Of a DNA stretch of 64,000 nt, positions 1-9,880 are shown piece by piece. The notes under the pieces were generated by a model. That model had not been told where the DNA came from, searched no databases, and saw only the letters and a list, made by a program, of their open reading frames with translations. This stretch comes from an uncultured Desulfosarcina sp. Lineage in GTDB: Bacteria; Desulfobacterota; Desulfobacteria; Desulfobacterales; Desulfosarcinaceae. Within the stretch, counting starts at the first letter, position 1. Every line of letters starts with the position of its first letter. The translations under genes were made by a program, and so were the position numbers. The stretch spans positions 1,152,001-1,216,000 of the forward strand of contig CAXXWQ010000004.1 of NCBI GenBank assembly GCA_963674945.2, in the 5' to 3' direction.

Positions 1-1
1 T

Positions 2-520
2 GATGACAAGGCCCTGGTCGCCCATACCAAACATGTTTTCGAACACAATTCATACGAACTGTTTCGCGCCAACTTCAACGAAACCACGCAGGTCCTCCAG
101 GTCTGGGTGGCCTACGCGGACGATGATCCCGATACCTTCAAAATCCAGTTTATCTGGAAAGGCAACGTCGAAGAGGGCACCTTTGTCCTGACCCAATCCA
201 CCAATGCCGCCAAAGAAGACTTGGACCATGACGGCATCTATGAAGTCGATGGAATGTGGACGGTCATGGGCGGCGGCAATATGGACAGCGAGATGGCTTT
301 CCGCGCCATTACCAACGACAGCCCCACCGATGATTATTTCGTCGTGGTAACCATGGACGATATCCTCTCTGCCACTGCACCGGCAGGTTACCCGGCCGAA
401 TCCACCGCAATCGATTCGACCACCGACGCCGTGCAAGGCTATATCGATACAAATCACGAGAGTTGTCTTGGCTGGCTGACCGGATATCCGGATATTGACG
501 ACTTGGCCTGGGACTACTAA
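2..520 (+). CDS. 5'-truncated acidic hypothetical protein (C-terminal part; probably exported)
   Basis: Frame is open from position 2 (DDKALVAHTK...) to TAA at 518-520; D/E/T-rich; codon usage like neighbouring genes. Confidence 0.7.
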   Translation, partial: DDKALVAHTKHVFEHNSYELFRANFNETTQVLQVWVAYADDDPDTFKIQFIWKGNVEEGTFVLTQSTNAAKEDLDHDGIYEVDGMWTVMGGGNMDSEMAFRAITNDSPTDDYFVVVTMDDILSATAPAGYPAESTAIDSTTDAVQGYIDTNHESCLGWLTGYPDIDDLAWDY

Positions 521-566
521 TCCGTAAACGAATTCATACAGACACGATGATCTTTGGTAACAGGGC

Positions 567-2030
567 CTACGGGCGCGGATCATCCTCCGTGCCCCGCGGT
601 CCTTGTGCTTTTATGGCATAGAGGTGTTCGACGGTTCTTACCCAGCCCGAAGGAAAATCCATTGCCCAGGGTGTCAGACGGTAGGCAGTAATGGTACGGG
701 AAAAAGTTGCCTTATCTTTGGGCAGGTAAACCGACAGACCGCCATATCCGGTATGCTGCTGAAAGCGACCGATCATGACACCGTCCGGTCCTTCGATCCT
801 CCCTTCCATCTCTTTCATACCCAATGCGTTGCATAATCGGGGCATGTCCACCATGGCATCCCGGAGAATCGTCGCGGTGGAGATGTTGGGTACGCACTGC
901 CTGACATCATCCAGTCGGCGGAAATTTTGCACCGCTTCGAAATGGCGGTTCCACTGCCGGGCCATGGGTTCGATCCGCGTGGCCTCGAAAGCGGCGGTGG
1001 AAATGGGATATCGTGTCTTGCCAAAGGCCCGGGCATAGCTATCAACCACTTCCAGCGCCAATTGGCGTGGCGTGATTTGATCGGACCGCCCCACCGCCTC
1101 CAGCAACATCGTGTAATCCAGCCCCCTGGATGGTGTCTGCATCTGGTTCAAAACCAGAAAATCGGCGGCATCTTTCAGCGTCCACAGCGTCTCCACATCG
1201 GCCATCAGACAGCTGTCCATTGCGATGAGGTCGAAGTGATGCCATTTGGCGGCTTCAGCCAGGCTCGTTCCTTTCAGGTTCCGCCGGTACTCATCCGGCC
1301 CCGCCGCTCCGATTACCGAAGACGGCCCCAAATCATCGCCGAACCATCCGTTACCGTGGCCTGCCAAAAACAAAGCATATCTTCGTGCAGGAAAGTTGTC
1401 CGCAATAAAGCAGATGAACTGTCTTTGGGTCTTTTCGTCGGCCGCCACCAGATTGATCCGTCCTTGGCCGCGTATCGGCAGGAGGTAATCCGTCTTTTCC
1501 AAAAGCAATTGCAAAAGATCATCCCGTGTTCTGTCCGAAATATCACGCAGCTTGTAGAGACCGCCCTCTCGCCGATACGCTGTAAGGATGCGACGGCGGT
1601 CCCGGAAATCCGTCAGGTGCTCCAAGACCAGCTGTTCGAAACGGTTTGCATCGACGGCAGGCGGCAATTGAGACGTTACAGGGGAACCCAAAACCAGATT
1701 GATGGGCTCGACCACATGGAAGACACGTGTTCCCTTCCATGAAGTGATGGGATTGTCCTGCTCGAAACGCTCGTCCCGATCGAAGAAAACCACCACATGG
1801 GTCTGCTTGAGAGAGGCGGCCCCCTTGATAATCTCCCGCAGATTACGTGCCTGTTCATGTTCAAGGGAATTTTCACCCGCCAGATAAAAGGCAAAGGTCC
1901 ATTGGGCCTGGGACGGGGGTACGGAGCGATTCTGGCCAAAACAGACATCGATGAAAAAGAGGGATGCCATCATCAATAAAACAGATGACCATAAGAACCG
2001 TTCCGCTGCATAAAGTGGGAGAGTTTTCAC
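567..2030 (-). CDS. Clostripain-family (peptidase C11) cysteine peptidase, exported
   Basis: WTFAFYLAGENSLE, FPARRYALFLAGHGNGW (catalytic His) and DLIAMDSCLM (catalytic Cys) motifs; hydrophobic N-terminal signal; start uncertain (ORF open to 2138, GTG at 2030 chosen). Confidence 0.85.
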   Translation of the reverse strand: MKTLPLYAAERFLWSSVLLMMASLFFIDVCFGQNRSVPPSQAQWTFAFYLAGENSLEHEQARNLREIIKGAASLKQTHVVVFFDRDERFEQDNPITSWKGTRVFHVVEPINLVLGSPVTSQLPPAVDANRFEQLVLEHLTDFRDRRRILTAYRREGGLYKLRDISDRTRDDLLQLLLEKTDYLLPIRGQGRINLVAADEKTQRQFICFIADNFPARRYALFLAGHGNGWFGDDLGPSSVIGAAGPDEYRRNLKGTSLAEAAKWHHFDLIAMDSCLMADVETLWTLKDAADFLVLNQMQTPSRGLDYTMLLEAVGRSDQITPRQLALEVVDSYARAFGKTRYPISTAAFEATRIEPMARQWNRHFEAVQNFRRLDDVRQCVPNISTATILRDAMVDMPRLCNALGMKEMEGRIEGPDGVMIGRFQQHTGYGGLSVYLPKDKATFSRTITAYRLTPWAMDFPSGWVRTVEHLYAIKAQGPRGTEDDPRP

Positions 2031-2346
2031 AATGTGGTAAATATCACCTCGATAAAATAACGCTATTTCGTTTTTTTCAAACAAAAATTCTATGATATTC
2101 GACGCAACGCATTCATGCAATGAAGATCTTTCAATCAAAGGGACGTTGTTTATAATCTATACTATAATTCTTTCGGGAACCTTTTAACAACGCACGAATT
2201 TCAAATTGTAAACAATGTCCCCTGACAATCTGCCCGAAAGACACGTAAGATGAGGACGTGCACTGCCAAAAAGGATTCGACTTGCCAGACAACCATATAC
2301 CTCTTATTTTCTTCAGAGATGAAAACCGACAAGCAAGGAGGCACAT

Positions 2347-2550
2347 ATGACCACGACTACATTGACCGTTCCCAATATTTCCTGTAGCCACTGCGTATCG
2401 GCCATCGAATCCGAACTTCGTGAGATGGAAGGTGTATCCAGCGTCAAGGCCGATGCTGAAACCAAGATCGTTACCGTCGGCTGGGATGCACCGGCCACAC
2501 TGGATGCGATTCGGGCCACATTGACGGAAATCAACTACCCTGCCCAATGA
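2347..2550 (+). CDS. copZ: Copper chaperone (HMA domain)
   Basis: 67 aa, ISCSHC motif, AGGAGG RBS, overlaps the copA start. Confidence 0.92.
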   Translation: MTTTTLTVPNISCSHCVSAIESELREMEGVSSVKADAETKIVTVGWDAPATLDAIRATLTEINYPAQ

Positions 2551-4982
2551 TGAGCGAACAACACCTGATCCTGCCCGTCACGGGTATGACCTGTGCCAAC
2601 TGCGCCATGAACATCGCCCGGGGTCTGAAGAAATTGCCGGGGGTGAGCGATGCCAACGTCAATTTCGCCGCCGAACAGGCCTCGGTGGACTTTGATCCCA
2701 AGCAGACGACACCCGAAGAGCTGATCCAAAAAGTTGAAAAGCTTGGATTCGGTGTCACGGTAAGCCGGGTCGACTTTCCCGTCAGGGGCATGACATGCGC
2801 CAACTGCGCCGCCAACGTGGAGCGGGCCCTTGGGAGAAAGACGCCCGGCGTTGTGGCTGCCACGGTCAATTTCGCCGCCGAACGGGCAACGGTCCGATAC
2901 CTGCCTTCCATGGCCACCGTGGACGATCTGGCAGCGGCGGTGGAAAAAGCCGGATTCGGTGCCGTGATCGAGCATGACGACGAGGGGACCGATGCGGAAG
3001 CCGAGGCCCGCCGTCGGGAAATCGCCGACCAGACCCGCAAATTCATTGTGGGCGCGACCTTCGCCCTTCCCCTTTTTGCCATGAGCATGGCAAGGGACTT
3101 CGGGATCACCGGGTCGTGGAGCCACCAGAGTTGGGTCAACTGGCTTTTCTGGGTCCTTGCCACACCAGTTCAATTTTATACCGGGTGGGACTATTATGTA
3201 AGTGGCGCAAAGAGTCTTCGCAACGGGAGCGCCAACATGGATGTTCTGGTTGCCATGGGGTCGAGCACCGCCTACGTGTATTCTCTGGCCGTGCTGTTTG
3301 CTCCCGCCCTGGGCGATCATGTCTATTTCGAAACCTCTGCGGTGATTATCACACTGATCAAGCTGGGCAAACTGCTGGAAGCCAGAACCAAGGGAAAGAC
3401 CGGCAGCGCCATTCGAAAGCTCATGGGACTTCGCCCGAAGACCGCCACGATCCGCAGCGGCGATAAAGAGATTGACGTGCCCATCGAGCGGGTCCGCTCC
3501 GGGGACCTGGTCCTGGTACGCCCCGGCGAGCGCATCCCCGTGGACGGAAAGGTCATTGACGGCAGTTCCAGCGTGGACGAATCCATGCTCACCGGCGAGC
3601 CCATCCCCGTGGATAAAAAACCTGGCGACACGGTAGCCGCCGGTACCATCAACGGCCAGGGAATGATGACGTTCACCGCCACTCGTGTGGGAAAAGAGAC
3701 CGCCCTGGCGCAGATCATCCGCCTGGTGCAGGAGGCCCAGGGAAGCAAGGCGCCTATCCAGGCGGTGGCCGACCGGGTGGCCGCCGTTTTCGTACCGGCG
3801 ATCATCGTGATCGCCATGGTTGTATTCGCCCTCTGGTGGATGATCGGCGGCGATTTCGTCACGGCCATGATCCGCATGGTCGCCGTCCTCGTCATCGCCT
3901 GCCCGTGCGCCCTGGGGCTGGCCACGCCAACGGCCATCATGGCCGGTACCGGAAAAGGAGCAGAGCAAGGCGTTCTGTTCAAAAACAGCCGGGCCCTGGA
4001 AAACAGCACGGAGCTGAACACCGTCGTACTGGACAAAACCGGCACCATCACCCAGGGCAAACCGACGGTCACCGACCTGATGCCAAATGGTGGTCTCGAT
4101 ATTACCGAAGAGACGTTGATCCAGTTGGCCGCATCGGCGGAAAAAGGGTCGGAGCACCCCCTGGGCCGGGCCATCGTGGAAAAAGCCGAGGATTTGGGGG
4201 TGACACTCTTGTCGCCGGAAGGATTCAGGGCCCTGCGGGGTGATGGCGTAGCGGCGATGGTTGCGGGGCGGTCCATCCGCGTGGGCAGACCGGACTGGTT
4301 CGATGCCGATGGATTCGACGAAAAGATGGCACGAACGATATCCGATTTCCAGGATCAGGGAAAAACCGTCGTCGTGGTAAAGGAGACGGACCGGGTGCTG
4401 GGGCTGATCTGCATTTCGGATCGGATCAAGTCCGATTCTCCCGAAGCTGTCGTCCGCTTGAAGAAAAAGGGGATCGAGGTGGTGATGCTCACCGGCGATA
4501 ATCGCCGGGCTGCCAAGGCAATCGGTCGCCAGGCGGGAGTGGACCGGGTGGAAGCCGAAGTGAAGCCGGATGAGAAGGCATCCCTGATCAAGGCACTTCA
4601 GGATCGTGGAAAAATCGTGGCCATGGTGGGAGACGGAATCAACGACGCGCCCGCCCTGGCCCAAGCCGACGTGGGGTATGCCATCGGTACGGGAACCGAT
4701 GTGGCCATCGAGACGGCCGACGTGATCCTTGTCGCCGGTTCACTCAAAGGCGTCGTCCGTGCCATGGATCTGAGTCGGGCCACCATGGCCACCATCCGGC
4801 AGAACCTCTTTTGGGCCTTCTTCTATAATGCCGTTCTAATTCCCGTAGCCGCCGGCGCCCTCTATCCGCTCACGGGGCTTCCCATGATGCTTCGCCAATT
4901 GCATCCCATCCTGGCCGCACTGGCCATGGCTTTTTCCAGTATCTCTGTGGTGAGCAACAGTCTGCGACTGTATCGGCGATAG
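2547..4982 (+). CDS. copA: Cu(I)-exporting P1B-type ATPase
   Basis: Two GMTCANC HMA domains; [28 protein letters not shown] and YN...MAFSS motifs. Confidence 0.97.
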   Translation: MMSEQHLILPVTGMTCANCAMNIARGLKKLPGVSDANVNFAAEQASVDFDPKQTTPEELIQKVEKLGFGVTVSRVDFPVRGMTCANCAANVERALGRKTPGVVAATVNFAAERATVRYLPSMATVDDLAAAVEKAGFGAVIEHDDEGTDAEAEARRREIADQTRKFIVGATFALPLFAMSMARDFGITGSWSHQSWVNWLFWVLATPVQFYTGWDYYVSGAKSLRNGSANMDVLVAMGSSTAYVYSLAVLFAPALGDHVYFETSAVIITLIKLGKLLEARTKGKTGSAIRKLMGLRPKTATIRSGDKEIDVPIERVRSGDLVLVRPGERIPVDGKVIDGSSSVDESMLTGEPIPVDKKPGDTVAAGTINGQGMMTFTATRVGKETALAQIIRLVQEAQGSKAPIQAVADRVAAVFVPAIIVIAMVVFALWWMIGGDFVTAMIRMVAVLVIACPCALGLATPTAIMAGTGKGAEQGVLFKNSRALENSTELNTVVLDKTGTITQGKPTVTDLMPNGGLDITEETLIQLAASAEKGSEHPLGRAIVEKAEDLGVTLLSPEGFRALRGDGVAAMVAGRSIRVGRPDWFDADGFDEKMARTISDFQDQGKTVVVVKETDRVLGLICISDRIKSDSPEAVVRLKKKGIEVVMLTGDNRRAAKAIGRQAGVDRVEAEVKPDEKASLIKALQDRGKIVAMVGDGINDAPALAQADVGYAIGTGTDVAIETADVILVAGSLKGVVRAMDLSRATMATIRQNLFWAFFYNAVLIPVAAGALYPLTGLPMMLRQLHPILAALAMAFSSISVVSNSLRLYRR

Positions 4983-5042
4983 TAAAATCCGAGGCAAGAT
5001 AGCCCGGCATTGGCTCCCCCTGGAAGACAAGATGTTTTGCGG

Positions 5043-5837
5043 TCACGAGGAACCCGTCCGTTCCAAAAATTCATCGGCGAGGTCTCTGTAGTCGATGGCA
5101 CCGTAACTGCTTTTTCGATAGAACACAACCGGCTTTCCCGCCTCGGCGCTTTCGGCGATGGTGGCGTTCATGCGGATCGCGGTGTCGAATACCAGGTCCT
5201 TGTATCGCTCATCGGTTTTCAATCGCTCCATCACCAGTTTGGCCACACGGGTTCGCAAATCCACCATCGTGGGAATGATACCGGTGATGGAAAGGTCCGG
5301 GTTGATCTCCTCTTTCACGGCGTCGATGGTATCGAACAATTCTCCCAGTGCCCCGAACGCATAAGGGTGTGTCTGACAGGGCACCAGCACCTCTGTGGCG
5401 CAGGTGAAAACATTGACGGTCAGCAAAGAGAGGCTGGGCGGCGTATCCAGTATAATGAAATCGTATTTTCCGAATGCCGGCACCAGCACGTCATACAGCA
5501 GGTTTTCCCGCCCATCCACATCCACCAACTCGATCTCGGCACCGGATAGATCCACGTGGGAGGGAATCAGGGACAATCCTTCCCATGACGTTGAAACGAT
5601 AGCATCGTCCAATGCCTTTTGACCGTTGCCGGTAATCAGATCATAAATCGATACCGTCGTCTCTTCGGTGGAAACGCCCAGCCCTTTCGTCGCATTGGCC
5701 TGGGGATCCATATCCACCACCAATACCTTCTGATGGGAAAGTGTCAACGCCGCCGCCAGATTGATGACCGTCACCGTCTTTCCGACACCGCCCTTTTCGT
5801 TCGCCACCGCAATCGCTCTGGTTTGCTTGTTCGCCAT
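5043..5837 (-). CDS. parA: ParA/Soj family ATPase
   Basis: NEKGGVGKT deviant Walker A, DMDPQANAT, ILDTPPSL. Confidence 0.92.
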   Translation of the reverse strand: MANKQTRAIAVANEKGGVGKTVTVINLAAALTLSHQKVLVVDMDPQANATKGLGVSTEETTVSIYDLITGNGQKALDDAIVSTSWEGLSLIPSHVDLSGAEIELVDVDGRENLLYDVLVPAFGKYDFIILDTPPSLSLLTVNVFTCATEVLVPCQTHPYAFGALGELFDTIDAVKEEINPDLSITGIIPTMVDLRTRVAKLVMERLKTDERYKDLVFDTAIRMNATIAESAEAGKPVVFYRKSSYGAIDYRDLADEFLERTGSS

Positions 5838-5859
5838 GTCCTTTCCTTTTTGTAAATAA

Positions 5860-8109
5860 TTATTTCAAGTCCGATTCGGCATAAAGCTGGTCCTTGAGAT
5901 GCCCGATCCGCCCGGAAATGGCCGGCAAGGCCTTTGCCATCTTGTCGAGGACTGCCAACACATTCTCCTTGTCCAGACTTTTCTCCTCCATTAGTTTCGC
6001 GAGACGCGACAGATCACTGCCATGGTATTGAAAACGTGCCAACATCTGTTGGTACAGGGTATCGGCGGCGGCATCGGCCAGTTTCAACAGGTATTGAAAT
6101 TTGATGTTTTCCCTGTAGTCTTTCAGATGAAACAGGACGGACCGCTCGGTCTCCCGTTTCATCCGTTTCACCCCCGATGCCAGCGCCAGCGTTCGCTCTC
6201 GGTTGTCTTTCTCGGCTTTTTTTCGAAACGCGTTTTTAACGAGATGAAAGATTTTGAAAAAACCGAGTCGCATGATCGCCTCGGTTTTCATTTGGGTGGA
6301 ATAGTGCATGGTCGCAGCGGCAGGCGGGAGGGACAATCCGGCCCGCTTCCGTATCGCACCGAGTTCGGAACCGATGGTGATGGGAGACAAGATTCCTTGC
6401 TCCCGCAATCCTGAATCACCCGTGTCCCGGACGTATTGTGCCATGGCTTCATCGATCATGGTCCCGAAGGGACCTGCGATTTCGTCGAGAACGGACATGA
6501 GTTTTTTTTCCTGGGCCCTGGCGAACTGGATAATCCGTGGGGTAACCGTCTCGGCCATATGGGTATCCAGTGACTGCTTGAAATCCTGATAGACCAGGTA
6601 CAAAATGTTGGCAAATCCCGTTTGGTCCAGATTTCCGTCGTATTTTGCCGTTTCCACCGTATAACCACGAACAAACCGTATCACGTCATCCACGATCCCG
6701 TCGTCCCGGCCCTGGAAGAATCGGTCGGTATCTGCTTTCAACTCCTGCTTGATCTGATTTACGGCACCGTCCAATGTGTTTTTCAAGGTCCGCTTCAAAC
6801 GGTCCAGTCGTTCCCGCTGCTGCTGGATACGCTTGACAAGCAATTTGGCTCCGCCGGAATTTTGCCCGAGTAGATCGAGATTCAATGCAATCCAATTTCC
6901 AAATCCGGCAGCCACGACCTCCAGCCGCTCCAGGTTGTTCTTTATCAAGAGCGCGTGCCGTTCGCGATTGATCTTCCCATCCAGATAACGGTGGAATTCT
7001 TCCCACTGATGGTTCGAAAAATCGACCATCTGTGTCTCTCGGTTCCAGTGGGAAAGGCGCTCTTGGTCTCTCTGGGAAAGATCGGATGCCATCTGGGACA
7101 AAAGCAGGTAAAGCGCGGAAAAGGTAAAAATCACCGGTTCGGGACAGATCAATCGAATATCCGCCTCGATTCGCTTCATTCCGGCGGACAACTCCTCCAC
7201 TGTGTCATGCTCGCTGAAATCGCAGTTGACAGCGAAGAGGACCGAGTCCAGGATTCCCATTTTTCGAATCATGGTGAGAAATCGGATGTCCGCCTGGCGA
7301 AGCCCCGTCCTGCTGCTGACCACATAGACCGTAAGGTGAGCCACCGTCAGATAATCCTGAATCATGGCCAAATGAAGGGGATTTGGCGAATCCGCTCCCT
7401 GGCAATCGGCGATCTCCACGGCCCGTCCCAGCCCGGATGTATCGATGTGAAGCAAGACGTCGGTAAGGTAGACGGCAAGGTTGTCGTCACCGACGAAATC
7501 CCGATGCCGGGGAAATTGATCCATTTCAAAGGTGACGCTGCCGTGATCCGAGGCGACGATATCAGAAATCCGGTCATATCCCGTAAGATAGGAATTCATC
7601 AAAACACTGCCGGGACTTCGTGTGTCGTTGGTGATCAACTGGTCGGCAGCCAGCCCCGTCAAGGCCTGTCCCAATTCCTGGCGGTCCTCTTCCCGCCGGA
7701 TATCGAAAGGGTTGTCCGTCGAAAACCGTTGATGGGCCGGAAACAACACCATCGCCTCATCAATTTCTCTGTTGACCTCTTCCCAGCTTTTCAGACAGAG
7801 GGTCGCCCGCAAAGGACTTCCGGTTCGAATCCGGGTGACGATGGAGGTCACCACCCCGGCGCCGCGCTTAAGGTAATCACCGCCCAAGACGGCGTTTACC
7901 AGGGTACTCTTGCCCGACTTGATGGCTCCCACCACGGCGATACGCATCGTCTCTTCGGGTATCTGTTCGATGATGGTCTTACATGATCGCTTCCAGTGAG
8001 AGATCCCCTCATCCGTCATCTCTGGAATCGTTTCGGCATCATCGAGAAGACGAAGCGTATCGGTACTGAGCTGGACTAGTTCCTGTTTGTGTGTCTCGTA
8101 TGTTGACAT
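5860..8109 (-). CDS. Bacterial dynamin-like GTPase
   Basis: GAIKSGKSTLVN P-loop, T switch I, DCQG (DxxG), long helical/coiled-coil C-terminal half, 749 aa. Confidence 0.85.
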   Translation of the reverse strand: MSTYETHKQELVQLSTDTLRLLDDAETIPEMTDEGISHWKRSCKTIIEQIPEETMRIAVVGAIKSGKSTLVNAVLGGDYLKRGAGVVTSIVTRIRTGSPLRATLCLKSWEEVNREIDEAMVLFPAHQRFSTDNPFDIRREEDRQELGQALTGLAADQLITNDTRSPGSVLMNSYLTGYDRISDIVASDHGSVTFEMDQFPRHRDFVGDDNLAVYLTDVLLHIDTSGLGRAVEIADCQGADSPNPLHLAMIQDYLTVAHLTVYVVSSRTGLRQADIRFLTMIRKMGILDSVLFAVNCDFSEHDTVEELSAGMKRIEADIRLICPEPVIFTFSALYLLLSQMASDLSQRDQERLSHWNRETQMVDFSNHQWEEFHRYLDGKINRERHALLIKNNLERLEVVAAGFGNWIALNLDLLGQNSGGAKLLVKRIQQQRERLDRLKRTLKNTLDGAVNQIKQELKADTDRFFQGRDDGIVDDVIRFVRGYTVETAKYDGNLDQTGFANILYLVYQDFKQSLDTHMAETVTPRIIQFARAQEKKLMSVLDEIAGPFGTMIDEAMAQYVRDTGDSGLREQGILSPITIGSELGAIRKRAGLSLPPAAATMHYSTQMKTEAIMRLGFFKIFHLVKNAFRKKAEKDNRERTLALASGVKRMKRETERSVLFHLKDYRENIKFQYLLKLADAAADTLYQQMLARFQYHGSDLSRLAKLMEEKSLDKENVLAVLDKMAKALPAISGRIGHLKDQLYAESDLK

Positions 8110-8122
8110 CTCGATCGATCGT

Positions 8123-8267
8123 TAGTGCTCATCCAGAAATGGCCAATTTTCCCGATATCTTTGTTGCGCGAATAATTTCATCCTCAGAATATTAACTATA
8201 TGCTTGCGGTAAAATTTTTCGTGCGCCTCGATCTCGACCAAATTTTCCTATTTCCGGAGAAACACTA
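8123..8267. repeat. MITE-like dispersed repeat, family A, copy 1 (~145 bp, TCCAGAAAT...ATTTCCGGA terminal inverted repeats)
   Basis: Aligns along its length with the reverse complement of 16833-16977; imperfect TIRs with TA at both ends. Confidence 0.85.
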
Positions 8268-8459
8268 GTTAGGGTTGGGCAATCCTTGGTGCGCACAGGC
8301 GACAGACGTTTTTTACATTTTATCCATGCGATTGTCAAAACCTTCCCAGACAGCCGCATAATGGCTTGTAAATCTTATGATTTAATGATATAACGCGTCT
8401 CAAGTTCATTACGATGGGCGGCTAAAAAGCGCAATATCAGCATAAGGAACCCGAGACAC

Positions 8460-8615
8460 ATGTCAGAAAAACACCCGGAGTGCCCATTATACAACCCGCT
8501 TAACTGCAAGGAGTATTATAACCCCAAGCTCTGCGCATTTGTTCGAAAAGACAAGGTTTGTCTGAAAAAGAAAAAACCGAAGCAGAAGCCCAAAAAGGCG
8601 AATTCCGACTCTTAA
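8460..8615 (+). CDS. Small 51-aa four-cysteine, lysine-tailed protein (not in ORF track)
   Basis: ATG at 8460 with AAGGA RBS; MSEKHPECPLYNPLNCKEYYNPKLCAFVRKDKVCLKKKKPKQKPKKANSDS. Confidence 0.65.
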   Translation: MSEKHPECPLYNPLNCKEYYNPKLCAFVRKDKVCLKKKKPKQKPKKANSDS

Positions 8616-8817
8616 GGGTTTACTTCACACCCTTTTTTCCTTATCCGCAAGTTCAATTCAAGAAGAAAACACGCAATCGTCAGCTTTTCATCAAATCGTT
8701 ATCATTTTTCCCTGTCGGCCGTCATGCCTTCCGGTTCAGTCCGTTGTGATGGAAAGAGCATCATTTGTAAAAGCACGGCCCGATGCAGAGTCTTCGGTAA
8801 AGTGTACGGTGAGTCGG

Positions 8818-9384
8818 TTACGCATGGCCGGCCGTGTCGGACAACAGGGCGGGGTCGATACCGATGCTTTCCATGACGGCACTCCATTTTCTCTCGACGG
8901 CAATTTGAAAGGCAATCTTTTCCGAATAGGGACCGTTGATCCAGGCATTGCCGCGAATTTCGCTTTCCAGTTGCCCCGGTCCCCATCCGGCGCACCCCAA
9001 TGCAATCATGAAAGATCGGGGTCCGCGCCCCATGGCGATGGCTTCTAAGATATCCCGTGAATTGCTGAGGGCCAGCGCTTCGGTGACCATCATGGAGCCC
9101 GACCATCCGAAAGGATCGCTGTGCAAAACGAATAATTCATTTAAATGAACAGGCCCGCCGATATAAATGGGAATGTTTTCCGCGCCCGGCGCTGCGGCAA
9201 TCTGCAGTTCATCGAAGATCATCTTCCCGTTGACCTCCGGATGAACCCGGGTAATGACGATCCCCATTGCCCCTTTGGGGTTGTGCTCGGACAGGCAGGT
9301 AACAGACTGGTAGAAGTTGGGATCCTGCAAACCGGGCATGGCCACAAGAAATTGCCCTTTCAAGGATTGCCAAGTCTCTTCCAT
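8818..9384 (-). CDS. yqgE: YqgE/AlgH family protein (UPF0301)
   Basis: LVAMPGLQDPNF, IYIGGPV, GCAGWGPGQLESEI...W, GHA C-terminus. Confidence 0.95.
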   Translation of the reverse strand: MEETWQSLKGQFLVAMPGLQDPNFYQSVTCLSEHNPKGAMGIVITRVHPEVNGKMIFDELQIAAAPGAENIPIYIGGPVHLNELFVLHSDPFGWSGSMMVTEALALSNSRDILEAIAMGRGPRSFMIALGCAGWGPGQLESEIRGNAWINGPYSEKIAFQIAVERKWSAVMESIGIDPALLSDTAGHA

Positions 9385-9641
9385 ACGCGTTATCTCCACA
9401 ATTAAGCGATTAGCGATTAGCAGTACACCGTCAAAGAGTTGCCTAAATTTTGCATTTCATCCAACAAATGAACATTGAATTGAAGATAGATGCGCAACCG
9501 TTAAGAGCCAACAGCCAATTGCTGAAAGCGAACCGCTTATCTTTGGTTACTGTAACGATTGAATCGACCATTGGCAACAAAAAGCTTGACTTGCCCCAAA
9601 CAGACTGTTAGGGGTGGAAAATTAGTGAAAATGGCAAAGCT

Positions 9642-9743
9642 ATGAAAAACAGATTCTCCCCCATCAGCATTCTCGTTCTTATTCTTATCCTCGTCGTGGG
9701 CGTACTCGTCCACAACGAGGAACCGGGGGTGATAGCGGCCTGA
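9642..9743 (+). CDS. ilv operon leader peptide (Ile/Leu/Val-rich)
   Basis: MKNRFSPISILVLILILVVGVLVHNEEPGVIAA; control-codon run directly upstream of a terminator/antiterminator and ilvD. Confidence 0.85.
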   Translation: MKNRFSPISILVLILILVVGVLVHNEEPGVIAA

Positions 9744-9805
9744 CAAAGCCAATAAAGAAATTAAAAAATCCGTTATCACCCCAGAGGCGATAACGGATTT
9801 TTTTT
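9725..9805 (+). promoter_or_regulatory. Transcription attenuator (antiterminator plus intrinsic terminator)
   Basis: Terminator stem AATCCGTTATCACC / GGCGATAACGGATT plus T-run; alternative pairing of GGGGTGATAGCGG (in the leader 3' end) with CCGTTATCACCCC. Confidence 0.88.
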
Positions 9806-9880
9806 GCTTTTACCACCAGTCATGCACAAAGTGCCAACCGAGCAGGGGCAGCGAATGGAAAACGGAAAGGACCTTTTTCA

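Noticed and set aside
2535..4664. Long antisense ORFs (e.g. 709 aa opposite copA, and others opposite ilv/leu genes)
   Set aside because: Shadow frames of GC3-rich genes with no motifs
8558..8749. 63-aa ORF from the track
   Set aside because: TTG start without RBS, and it overlaps the better-supported 8460-8615 ORF in another frame
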